A DNA stretch of 64,000 bases. It comes from a virus. The notes beneath the pieces are model-generated. The model was given only the letters and a program-made list of their open reading frames with translations. It was not told where the DNA came from and made no database searches. Position 1 is the stretch's first letter; the number at the start of each line of letters is the position of its first letter. The DNA lies in the IMG/VR virus record IMGVR_UViG_3300025693_000002; one strand, given 5' to 3'. The position numbers and the translations under genes are program-made. Below are positions 35,460 through 43,411 of this stretch, piece after piece.

Positions 35460-37120
35460 TAGTCTTTACTCTCCTGGTCTGTCTCTCGACCTTTGGTTTT
35501 GCCTGTCTCTCGGCTAAGGGTTGCGGTCTTCTTTTCAGCAGCCTGACTGCGATTGCGTTTGGCTTCTTCGAGAACCCGCTTGGACTCGTTGGTGCCTGGC
35601 TCGGTATCGTCAGCGTTCTCTTGCGACTCTTCCGACCAGTCCTTGAGTTGCTTGCGCATTTTCTCGATCAGCTCTGAACCCAAATCTGGGAACAGCTTCT
35701 CGACTACTCGACCCATCTGCTCTTCCATCAACATCGCCGGCACGCCCATCAGGCGCAGCTTCATGGCAATATCGAGTTCGTCGTAGAGGGAGCGCACGTC
35801 GAAGTTGTCCTCTACCGGGTAGGACACCAACTCGCTCTCTGGCTCGTCGATTTCCGCCCAGGCACAAACAACCTTGACGATTCGGTTTTCGACAATCTCC
35901 AAAGACTCTGCTTTTGATGCCAGCAGAGCGACGACGCGCTCAAAGTCCTTGCTTTTGGCAACGCCCGAACTGTTGTCGATGCCCTTGGAGTTGTCTTGCT
36001 TGGTTCGCTCGCCGGCCAAGCCGACAGAGTGATAAATCTCGTTGATCAGCTGCTGGATGGCGCTGATGATCAGCGTGGCTTGGCGCGGGTCTGGACTGAG
36101 GTAAGCCGGGGCAATGCCGGACTCGCCGTCGTACAGGAACACTCGCTTGGTGCCCATTTCCAGCAGCTTGTTGTACGCATCGTCGCCCGGGAGGACGTTC
36201 TGAGCCGGCATCGCCAGCTGGGAGAACGTCTGATCCTGAATGATCGCGTCCAGGTTCGATGCATAGTTGGCGACCGCACGGTCGAGGTAAGCGGTATCTG
36301 CGATCATTGCGGGGCAATCCCACTGGTCGCTCGCAGACGAGTTGTTCGCGGGAATCACCGGAACCAGGCCGAGGTCGTGGCGACCCTGGCTGTCCAGAAC
36401 CCACTGACCGCCGCCTTTCATGCGGTTGTTCTTCTCAAAGCCGAACAGGAACCACTCTTCTCGCGTCCACAGACGGAACCGGGAGTACAGGTCGCCTGTT
36501 GAGTCGAGCGGGTCTTTGTCGTCGCGGCAATGCTCCTCGATCATGACCCACAGCAGCTCGCCGTATTCGTCAACGGCCCAGTCGCGAACCTGTTGAGGCG
36601 GCACGAGGTAGGCGTAAAGATCGACACCTACGTTGTCCTGCTTGGACTCGTCGCCTTCAACGCTGGTAACGCGGTTGTCGATGACGATCCAGGGACGGCC
36701 AAAGATCGATGACTTGAGGGAAACGGTGCGCATGAACTCGTTGATATCCATGCCGTTAGAGTTGACCTTCGCCCAGAAGTCTTTGACTTCCTGCGGAGCG
36801 TCCTCAGTCTTGCGGCGGATTTCAGCGCGGAAAAGGTACTTGTTGATCAGGTCAACAACTTCGCGAGTGTGATTGAAACGGTATGCTCGCTTTACGCGGT
36901 CGCTATACTCGCCATCACCCTCTTTGATGTAGCGGAAGATGTTGCTCTTGAACCAAGCACGGCCCCCTCGATAGCTTTGATCCAGGAAGTTCCAGTGCGG
37001 AACCAGCTCGTCGTAGAGCGGGTGCTTGCGTTCGACGATTTTGGTCACAGCATTGCTTTTCACGAGCGCACCTAATCTTGAAGAGCCTATATAATAACTA
37101 ACCGCATAGTTAGTTGGCAA
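35459..37120 (-). CDS. portal protein
   Basis: ~550 aa directly after terL. The ORF-track start is TTG 37120 and runs through promoter-like motif 37095..37115, so the real start may be GTG 37063. Confidence 0.7.
   Translation of the reverse strand: MPTNYAVSYYIGSSRLGALVKSNAVTKIVERKHPLYDELVPHWNFLDQSYRGGRAWFKSNIFRYIKEGDGEYSDRVKRAYRFNHTREVVDLINKYLFRAEIRRKTEDAPQEVKDFWAKVNSNGMDINEFMRTVSLKSSIFGRPWIVIDNRVTSVEGDESKQDNVGVDLYAYLVPPQQVRDWAVDEYGELLWVMIEEHCRDDKDPLDSTGDLYSRFRLWTREEWFLFGFEKNNRMKGGGQWVLDSQGRHDLGLVPVIPANNSSASDQWDCPAMIADTAYLDRAVANYASNLDAIIQDQTFSQLAMPAQNVLPGDDAYNKLLEMGTKRVFLYDGESGIAPAYLSPDPRQATLIISAIQQLINEIYHSVGLAGERTKQDNSKGIDNSSGVAKSKDFERVVALLASKAESLEIVENRIVKVVCAWAEIDEPESELVSYPVEDNFDVRSLYDELDIAMKLRLMGVPAMLMEEQMGRVVEKLFPDLGSELIEKMRKQLKDWSEESQENADDTEPGTNESKRVLEEAKRNRSQAAEKKTATLSRETGKTKGRETDQESKD
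37095..37115. promoter_or_regulatory. TAACTAAC-N4-TAGTTAGTT palindrome motif
   Basis: On the sense strand it is followed by TTATTATATAGG. Lies between terL and the portal gene. Confidence 0.5.
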
Positions 37121-38404
37121 CTACAAAGAACGACCCGCAATAACAATTTGGCGAGTTGGGAACTCAAGTTCGATGGGATAACCCAGAGCATCGGTGATGT
37201 GTTCCATGCCGGCCGCTTTATCGATATCGCGAGAACCTGATTTGTAGAGCGTCTGTTCCAGCGACTCGATCACGTTGCGGCAACCACTGCCAACATACAA
37301 ACGACTGGCGCCATCGGCGCTGCGCAGCAGACGGTTTACAGAGTTCACACGGTCGGCAACGAACGGGTGCTTCTTGCGGAACTTGATGCGCTTAAAGCCC
37401 TTCTGGCGGAAGATATCCAAGTCAGACTCACCCCGAGCATGCTGTCTCGCGCCGCCTGCAGGGTCAGGGTAGATGGTGATTTGACCCATTTGGCGCCAAT
37501 ACCGGCGCTCCAACTCCTCACACATTTCTTCGGTGTTGGAGTTATGCAGGAAAATCTCGTCAACGATCCACAATTGCCCGTTAGTTTGCGGCTGAATAAT
37601 CGCCGCCGACATTGGGTCGATGTTGAAGTCCACCCCTACCCAAATTGGCAGTGATGGGTTGAACTTGATATCGGACTTCACATGGAAGTTGCGGTCGAAC
37701 GGGTAATACACCCGACCACTCATTGTCTCGAAACTGGCCTCGAACTCCTGACGGAAAGTTCTGGGGTCCATATCACGACGAGCGTCGGCAATCTCTTCTT
37801 CCGGGATGAACGGCGAAGTGATGGTTGGGAACTGGTAACTCGACCAGGCGGTGCGAGTGCTGTCCTGGCCCAACGCATAGACTTCGTACAGCTGGTTGTA
37901 GGCTTTCGGGGTGCCGATAAACAGCGCTTCGCCGCGGTCTTTTGCCAACGTCGGACGAATAATCGTCGTCCAGGTCTCAACCCGCATATCCTGGAACTCG
38001 TCCATGACCACGAAGTTAAGACCAACACCCCGCAGGGTATCCGGGTTATCTGCGCCCTTACACTCGATGACAGTGCCGTTGATCAGCGTGACCGACATTT
38101 CCGTTTCGTGCATACGCACGATCCAGTCACGCGGAATCGACTCTTTGAGGTCGTTCCACATGATCTGCTTCGCCATACGGTAGGTCGGCGCGATGTACCA
38201 GATTTTCTGGTTCGGCACCTTAGCCCGAGTGATGATCTCGGTCTTGGACAGGTTGGTCTTGCCCCAGCGTCGGCCGGCGACTACGACCCTGAAACGAGTG
38301 GTATCGAGGTAAACCTCGGCCTGTTTCGGGTGAAGACTGAGGTTGGTGGCGAATTGACTGAGCTTAGGGCGCTTGGCTTTCGCCTTAGCAAAGTTCACCC
38401 CCAT
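37121..38404 (-). CDS. terL: terminase large subunit
   Basis: Walker A VVVAGRRWGKT and Walker B LNFVVMDEF, with a C-terminal nuclease-like half. ATGA-type coupling with terS. Confidence 0.85.
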   Translation of the reverse strand: MGVNFAKAKAKRPKLSQFATNLSLHPKQAEVYLDTTRFRVVVAGRRWGKTNLSKTEIITRAKVPNQKIWYIAPTYRMAKQIMWNDLKESIPRDWIVRMHETEMSVTLINGTVIECKGADNPDTLRGVGLNFVVMDEFQDMRVETWTTIIRPTLAKDRGEALFIGTPKAYNQLYEVYALGQDSTRTAWSSYQFPTITSPFIPEEEIADARRDMDPRTFRQEFEASFETMSGRVYYPFDRNFHVKSDIKFNPSLPIWVGVDFNIDPMSAAIIQPQTNGQLWIVDEIFLHNSNTEEMCEELERRYWRQMGQITIYPDPAGGARQHARGESDLDIFRQKGFKRIKFRKKHPFVADRVNSVNRLLRSADGASRLYVGSGCRNVIESLEQTLYKSGSRDIDKAAGMEHITDALGYPIELEFPTRQIVIAGRSL

Positions 38405-39093
38405 CAGGTGTCGCCCTCTACACCCTCTTCGATGATATCGTCCAGCTGAGCCAGTTCTTCTTCGGTCAGGCCGATATCGTCCTCGTCAACCATTTCCCCG
38501 TTCGCTTCTGCCAACTCACGACGCTGCTTCTCACGAAGCTCGGCCACGTCGTTCTCGGTCATGATGCTGACTCGCAGTTCTGGCAGGTCGTCCTCGTCAC
38601 CGATCTCCTGATCGAAACCGAGGATCAGGGCGCCAGTGTTGTAGTTCTGGGAAATGATCTTGGACGCTTCGTTGAGCGCCTTGAGGTCGCCCAGCTTCTC
38701 ACCAACCGGCACCCCGTCGCGGACTGCCTGAGCAACGTCCGTGTACGCCTTCTTGTTGAAAAGATCGATCGCCTTGAGGGCGTTCATCTTGAAGGTATGG
38801 GCAAAGGCGGCAAGCTCTTCTGCCTGGCCGGCTGCGGTGCGCTCGATGGACTTCTGGACGGCTGCGGCAACCTTTTTGGCGTTGGAGCCACGCTCAACAC
38901 CGTCGCGCTTGAACCGGCGACTCAAAGCGGTAACAGAAACGCCGACTTGAGTGGAGATTTCACCAAGAGAGTAGTCACCGGACTGCCACATGGTTTTAGC
39001 ACGGGCGTATTCCCGGGGTGTCAGTCGCTTCTGAGCTGATACCGGGGTGTCCTGCGTGTTTTCAACAACTTCTGAGGAAGAGGCTTCTGTCAT
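38404..39093 (-). CDS. terS: terminase small subunit
   Basis: N-terminal HTH (YSLGEISTQVGVSVTALSRRFKRDG) and acidic C-terminus, located upstream of terL. ATG 39093 is preferred to TTG 39096. Confidence 0.7.
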   Translation of the reverse strand: MTEASSSEVVENTQDTPVSAQKRLTPREYARAKTMWQSGDYSLGEISTQVGVSVTALSRRFKRDGVERGSNAKKVAAAVQKSIERTAAGQAEELAAFAHTFKMNALKAIDLFNKKAYTDVAQAVRDGVPVGEKLGDLKALNEASKIISQNYNTGALILGFDQEIGDEDDLPELRVSIMTENDVAELREKQRRELAEANGEMVDEDDIGLTEEELAQLDDIIEEGVEGDT

Positions 39094-39129
39094 CAAAAAA
39101 ACGCGACTCCGCTGGGGAGCTAGAGTCGC
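39094..39129 (-). terminator. terminator-like hairpin plus U7 abutting the terS start codon
   Basis: Minus strand GCGACTC-(13 nt)-GAGTCGC-GTTTTTTTG-ATG. Confidence 0.5.
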
Positions 39130-39200
39130 TGCACCTACAAGGAAATAGGAAAATGTTGAGAACCGGACAACATTGTTTCACGCCGCCGCTTCCGGTGTCA

Positions 39201-39220
39201 ATAACTAAACCGTTAGTGAT
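39201..39220. promoter_or_regulatory. palindrome motif (late leader, proximal)
   Basis: ATAACTAAACCGTTAGTGAT, about 110 nt upstream of terS. Confidence 0.5.
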
Positions 39221-39322
39221 CTTCCGGGGTGTGGAATCCGGGGTGTCTGTAACCGTCTGCTGTGTAAGAAAATTTTTTTCGATGCCGGGTTGCGCTAAGT
39301 ATATTTATTATCTAAATTATAA

Positions 39323-39339
39323 TACTAACTTGTTAGTTA
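39323..39339. promoter_or_regulatory. palindrome motif (late leader, distal)
   Basis: Sense strand TAACTAAC-AA-GTTAGTA followed directly by TTATAAT. Confidence 0.55.
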
Positions 39340-39343
39340 ATAA

Positions 39344-39388
39344 CTCTCCCCTCTCTACCCCCTATAGTCCCCCTTCTCTCCCCTCTCT
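39344..39388. repeat. two 13-mers CTCTCCCCTCTCT (32 bp apart) in a polypyrimidine tract upstream of the late promoter motif
   Basis: Copies at 39344..39356 and 39376..39388. They read as purine-rich AGAGAGGGGAGAG on the late-operon sense strand. Confidence 0.8.
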
Positions 39389-39498
39389 TTACAACCCGGA
39401 ACAAAAAATTTCTCGCCGCGCCGCCGCAAAAAATCGCTCAACCCAGTCCGGGAAGCAGCGCTTGCTGATCGATCTGAGATTCAAACGAAAAACGCAGC

Positions 39499-39519
39499 GG
39501 GAAGCTGTCAGATTTCGCG
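39499..39519. repeat. 21-bp repeat GGGAAGCTGTCAGATTTCGCG (copy 1)
   Basis: Identical to 47132..47152. Both copies lie about 70-80 nt past the stop of a minus-strand gene. Confidence 0.85.
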
Positions 39520-39596
39520 TATACGCAACGATCTGTTTTTCTGCATGCGATGACTGCAGTAAACCCGGTTCGTCGCGTATACGCGATTTTAGAGCG

Positions 39597-39935
39597 TCAG
39601 TCCTGAGCTACCAGCTCGACAATATCGTCGTCGCCAATCAGCTCGTCGTAGGTTGCCGGCGCCTTGCGAGGGGCTAGAATCCGGGTGGCGAGTGGTGTCG
39701 GGGCGATCACCTGCTTCATTCGACCGTCGCGCAGCTCCTTGCCTTCCCGTGTAATCCACCCCTGATTGACCAGGATGCGGATCGAGCACATCAGCGATTC
39801 CCTGGATGTTTCGTAGGACAGGCGGCCCAGAATCTGCTGGTAGTCGCACCAGCCGACCCGGTTGCCCTTCACGTCCAGGTTTCCAGTCATGACCACGCGC
39901 ATCAGTTCGCGCTGTTTTGTTGTCAGTGGCTTCAT
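39597..39935 (-). CDS. winged-helix DNA-binding protein (candidate regulator)
   Basis: 112 aa. CDYQQILGRLSYETSRESLMCSIRILVNQGWITREGKE resembles a MarR/wHTH recognition helix plus wing. Confidence 0.45.
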   Translation of the reverse strand: MKPLTTKQRELMRVVMTGNLDVKGNRVGWCDYQQILGRLSYETSRESLMCSIRILVNQGWITREGKELRDGRMKQVIAPTPLATRILAPRKAPATYDELIGDDDIVELVAQD

Positions 39936-40816
39936 AGCAAATCCAGTCTCAGAGGTTGGTTCGGCAGCTGCAGGTCAAACGCAGAAAGAGGCAGACGATC
40001 CGGTATCTCGCGGCCCAGGTCTGGGTTCTCCCAAATCCCGTAAACCGGGCTGGCAAACACCAGCTGCTGAAACTCGCGGATCAGCTGCTCTGCTGGCATG
40101 GCGTCTACTCGCCCGGTGCCGGCGTGAAGATTCGAGCCTGTCTTTTCGCGGCTCGAATGTCGGTAGTAAAACTCGCGGATGTCTTTTAGCATTTTTGATT
40201 TATGGCTCTTGCTGAAGCCATTTAGCTCTTCCAGGACAGCCTGGTGATCCGCGGGGTGAGCCTTGAACCGCTGACGCATGAATTTCAGGCCCATTTCGTA
40301 GGCCGCCGCCGACTTCAAATGCGCATGCTTGAACCCTGATTTCACGTCGAACGGGTTGAACTTGGACATAGAGGACTGAATCTCGACAAACCGGAAGCCT
40401 TCCATGCGCATCGCCAGGTTCACCATTCGATAACTGACGCCGACGCCGCGGTACATGGTGTCGGTTACGATGCGTGACGCGCGGCGAAAGTTTGCATTCA
40501 AGAAGGTTGCACGATGGACGTTGGTAAAGTGCGAGTCCTGGCCAGGCTTGAGCTTCGGAAACACTTGATGACGAGGGCCGAGCAGCAGCGACACCGAACT
40601 CAGTACGACGACGCCCACCAGTTCACCTCGCCCAGTCACGCAGCGCCAGTAGTGAGGCCCGGCCGGGAGACTTTCAGCCTTGTAGTGCAGATCGTGCAGC
40701 GCATCCCAGTCGGCCTTGGTGCCGCGCTCCACCCACATATCGTCCATCAGGGCGAAACGAGGTTCACAGACCCGGCGCTCCACCAAAATGTCGTCGGTGT
40801 CGATCAGCGCGGTCAT
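39932..40816 (-). CDS. GNAT-fold acyltransferase-like protein
   Basis: ELVGVVVLS...RASRIVTDTMYRGVGVSYRMVNLAMRMEGFRFVE resembles GNAT beta4-alphaA (R/Q-x-x-G-x-G/A). Followed by a ~130-aa C-terminal extension. Confidence 0.45.
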   Translation of the reverse strand: MTALIDTDDILVERRVCEPRFALMDDMWVERGTKADWDALHDLHYKAESLPAGPHYWRCVTGRGELVGVVVLSSVSLLLGPRHQVFPKLKPGQDSHFTNVHRATFLNANFRRASRIVTDTMYRGVGVSYRMVNLAMRMEGFRFVEIQSSMSKFNPFDVKSGFKHAHLKSAAAYEMGLKFMRQRFKAHPADHQAVLEELNGFSKSHKSKMLKDIREFYYRHSSREKTGSNLHAGTGRVDAMPAEQLIREFQQLVFASPVYGIWENPDLGREIPDRLPLSAFDLQLPNQPLRLDLL

Positions 40817-41136
40817 ACTGCCTCCGGGTCTGGCCGCTGCAGCTCCAGCTTGTCAGCGAACGCGCGCAGGCTGGCGACCACTTCGTTGATACTCAGCACG
40901 TCCTGGTTGAAGCCGCCAAATACCTGCTCGGGATGTTCGCCAATCACGATGGTCATCATGCGATCCGGGGCAATACAGACCTCGTTTGCCATTTCGGCGA
41001 GTGCCATTGCGTCGCGGGTGTACTCTTTGAAGAGCGGGCATTGCGTCGCGGAGTAAGCCGGCGGAGCAGTCTCGCCAGGTTCCCGACGTACAAGCGTTTT
41101 CTTTGCAAAATCAACATGCAAAATATCAGCGGTCAT
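40813..41136 (-). CDS. hypothetical protein
   Basis: 107 aa from ATG 41136 (MTADILHVDF...). The ORF-track N-terminus overlaps the ATPase gene and is Arg/Ser-rich, so it was trimmed. Confidence 0.45.
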   Translation of the reverse strand: MTADILHVDFAKKTLVRREPGETAPPAYSATQCPLFKEYTRDAMALAEMANEVCIAPDRMMTIVIGEHPEQVFGGFNQDVLSINEVVASLRAFADKLELQRPDPEAV

Positions 41137-41806
41137 CTTTGCTTTCCTCGATGCGGACTTTTTCCTTGAAGCGCTTCTCGACGTAGAGCGTCGGGGCCAG
41201 CTCTTCCAGCATGTCCGAGTGTGTGGTGGCGACAATCAGGGTGGCGCCGCAGAGCTTGGCGAACTTACGCACGTTGAACGCGACAACCCTGGCGGTGGTT
41301 CTATCCAGCACGGCGCCAAACTCGTCCGCTACCCAGACCTTGCAGCCCGACTCCATCAGCTTCGCGACCTTGAATCGGTAGCGCTGACCATCAGACAGCT
41401 CGCTTGGCTTGCGAATGAACAAGTAGGCGTCGTTCAGGCCGGCGAGGTTCAAGATGCGAATCGCTTCGTCAGTGGTTTTGCCAACCTGATCGATCAGCGG
41501 CACATCCTGCAGCTCGATCTTGTCGATATCTGCCACGTCTTGAGTTAGCGCGATTTGCGCGGCAAGCTCCTTGAGCAGCAGTGACTTGCCGGAGCCGGAC
41601 TGGCCGGTGATGTACACCACGTCGCCCTGTCGAACCTCTATTCTCAGGTTGTCGTAGACCGTGAAGTCTTTCTCTTCCAGGCCCAAACCAAATGCTTCCG
41701 CACACTCAAGCACCCGCTGGGAGCGGGTGACAGTTGAGCGGAATGACTTATTGATCGTGTAGACCGTCACTCTGCTTCCTCCACAAACGGGGCAATGAAC
41801 GCGCAC
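41126..41806 (-). CDS. ABC-type ATPase (stand-alone nucleotide-binding domain)
   Basis: Walker A GQSGSGKS, signature LSDGQ, Walker B VWVADEF and H-loop TTHS. An alternative start, GTG 41770, forms a GTGA overlap with the ParB-like stop. Confidence 0.8.
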   Translation of the reverse strand: MRVHCPVCGGSRVTVYTINKSFRSTVTRSQRVLECAEAFGLGLEEKDFTVYDNLRIEVRQGDVVYITGQSGSGKSLLLKELAAQIALTQDVADIDKIELQDVPLIDQVGKTTDEAIRILNLAGLNDAYLFIRKPSELSDGQRYRFKVAKLMESGCKVWVADEFGAVLDRTTARVVAFNVRKFAKLCGATLIVATTHSDMLEELAPTLYVEKRFKEKVRIEESKDDR

Positions 41807-42450
41807 AGAGCGTTGGCGCCAACTTGGTTGGACTCACTCTCGATCATCGATAGGAAACGACGCAGGTCGCGCGCCTGACTGCTGGATACCGAGTTGAAAC
41901 CAAACACCTTTGACAGCGGCACCTGATCAGAGTCGGCGTTATCGATCTCCAGCGCAGTGCGTTCGGTCTGCTCCAGAACCTCGCTGGAAATGTCGTCAGA
42001 CAGTGCGCCCAGATCGATAAGACCCAGATCGTCGATGGCGAAGTTCAGATCGCGCGCATCGAAGTACATATCCATGTTCATGTTCAGATCGACAACCAGC
42101 GAGCGCAGCTCCTGTGACAGCAGATCGGTGTCATAGCCGCCTTCCTGCACCTTGTTGTCTACCAGACGCAGCTTGCGGGCCTGCTCTTTCGTGATGCCAT
42201 TGAGGACGGTGACAGGTACATGCTCACGACCGAGCGACAGCGCGGCCAGGCGCCGGCCGTGACCAGCGATGATGGTGCCATCAGGTTCAACGACGATCCG
42301 GGTTGTCCAGCCATGCTCTTTGATCGACTCGGCGATCTTCTTGACCTGCGCCTTATCGTGCTTTTTGGCGTTCAGCTCGTAGGGAATGAGTCGGGAAATC
42401 TCCCACCGCTCATCAACGGCGTCGATCTTGGTGTTACTCGTAGTAGTCAT
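41767..42450 (-). CDS. ParB/Sulfiredoxin-fold (ParB-like nuclease domain) protein 2
   Basis: IIAGHGRRLAA motif within an N-terminal ParB-N-like domain. Confidence 0.7.
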   Translation of the reverse strand: MTTTSNTKIDAVDERWEISRLIPYELNAKKHDKAQVKKIAESIKEHGWTTRIVVEPDGTIIAGHGRRLAALSLGREHVPVTVLNGITKEQARKLRLVDNKVQEGGYDTDLLSQELRSLVVDLNMNMDMYFDARDLNFAIDDLGLIDLGALSDDISSEVLEQTERTALEIDNADSDQVPLSKVFGFNSVSSSQARDLRRFLSMIESESNQVGANALCAFIAPFVEEAE

Positions 42451-42598
42451 GATCTTCGTCCATATTCATATCGAGGAAATCCTCGGCCAGCCGTTCAAAC
42501 GACAGGTCGCGGTCGGGATTGAGCGACCGGACTCGCTCTTGCTGGGATTTGTCGTTGCGAACCCGCTCGGCCGCTTCTTCAACAATGTTGCGCCGCAT
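42434..42598 (-). CDS. small hypothetical protein (54 aa)
   Basis: Hand translation gives MRRNIVEEAAERVRNDKSQQERVRSLNPDRDLSFERLAEDFLDMNMDEDHDYYE. Fills the gap between the two ParB-like genes. Below the ORF-track cutoff. Confidence 0.4.
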   Translation of the reverse strand: MRRNIVEEAAERVRNDKSQQERVRSLNPDRDLSFERLAEDFLDMNMDEDHDYYE

Positions 42599-42619
42599 AA
42601 CTCACCGCTTAGTTAGTTG
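42599..42619. promoter_or_regulatory. degenerate palindrome motif
   Basis: AACTCACCGCTTAGTTAGTTG at the end of the ParB-like gene. Confidence 0.3.
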
Positions 42620-43333
42620 AGAAAGCAGATATACCAGTGCGTCACCGTCATTGGTCATATCGTCAGATTCTGTAAAGCCCTGCTCTGCCCGGGTGGCTTT
42701 CATCAGCTCGGCGATGTTCGCGCTGTCTTCAATGGACACTCTGAACCGAATGATCTGGTGAGTGCGGGCCGGCGTTGCCAGATCAATCTTGGCTTCTTCG
42801 GGCTTGTCTTCCAGAGCGGCGTCGATATCGACCGAAAGATCATCGGAGGTCAGGTGCGAGAAGTAGCTGGCCAGCTCTTCCTCGTCGATAGGCATGGTCG
42901 CCAGCAGTTCGTCGGCGCTGCCCAGGTCGGGGTCTTGCAACAGTTCAGTGAACTTGAAGATATCGTCAGAGCCGTAGCGGTAGTTATCCAGCAGCGTCTC
43001 TTTCTTGGCTTGGGCATCTGAGATTTCGCCGCGGTTGATAATCGGCACCAACTCCATGCGCAAGTTGATCGCAGCCAAAGTGCGATGTTGGCCGCCAATA
43101 ATTTCCAAACTTCCATCAGCCAAAGTGCGAACAACAACCGGGCGTTTGATGCCGTCCTTCTTGATTGACGCTTCCAACTTCATCTGATTGATCGGGTCAA
43201 CCGAGTTGGGATTCCAGGGGTTCGCTTTGAGGGTGCGAGGGTCGGCGTATTCCACCGCCATTTCGTACTCGATGCCTTCTACTTTGTCGAAACTTTCGAG
43301 GTCATCGAACAGATTATCCAAGTCTTCGCTCAT
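42602..43333 (-). CDS. ParB/Sulfiredoxin-fold (ParB-like nuclease domain) protein 1
   Basis: NPNSVD...IIGGQHRTLAA motif. Confidence 0.7.
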   Translation of the reverse strand: MSEDLDNLFDDLESFDKVEGIEYEMAVEYADPRTLKANPWNPNSVDPINQMKLEASIKKDGIKRPVVVRTLADGSLEIIGGQHRTLAAINLRMELVPIINRGEISDAQAKKETLLDNYRYGSDDIFKFTELLQDPDLGSADELLATMPIDEEELASYFSHLTSDDLSVDIDAALEDKPEEAKIDLATPARTHQIIRFRVSIEDSANIAELMKATRAEQGFTESDDMTNDGDALVYLLSQLTKR

Positions 43334-43352
43334 AAATACCTATCCGAAATAG

Positions 43353-43370
43353 TAACTAACCACATAGTTA
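43353..43370. promoter_or_regulatory. TAACTAAC-N4-TAGTTA palindrome motif in the divergent intergenic region
   Basis: TAACTAACCACATAGTTA between the ParB-like gene (minus) and the helicase gene (plus). Confidence 0.5.
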
Positions 43371-43411
43371 TTGTGTAAGATAACTGTTAATGAACCTCAG
43401 TGGAATAGAAC

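Noticed and set aside
37064-37120. The first 19 codons of the portal ORF (TTG start directly after the terL stop).
   Set aside because: This stretch consists of the palindrome/TATAT promoter-like motif and has no SD. It is probably non-coding, but the ORF-track coordinates were kept in the feature and the alternative start GTG 37063 was flagged.
41770-41806. N-terminal MRVHCPVCGGSR zinc-ribbon-like extension of the ABC ATPase.
   Set aside because: It lies entirely inside the 3-prime end of the ParB-like gene. GTG 41770 gives a classic GTGA coupling instead. The two starts cannot be distinguished from sequence alone, so no zinc-ribbon claim is made.
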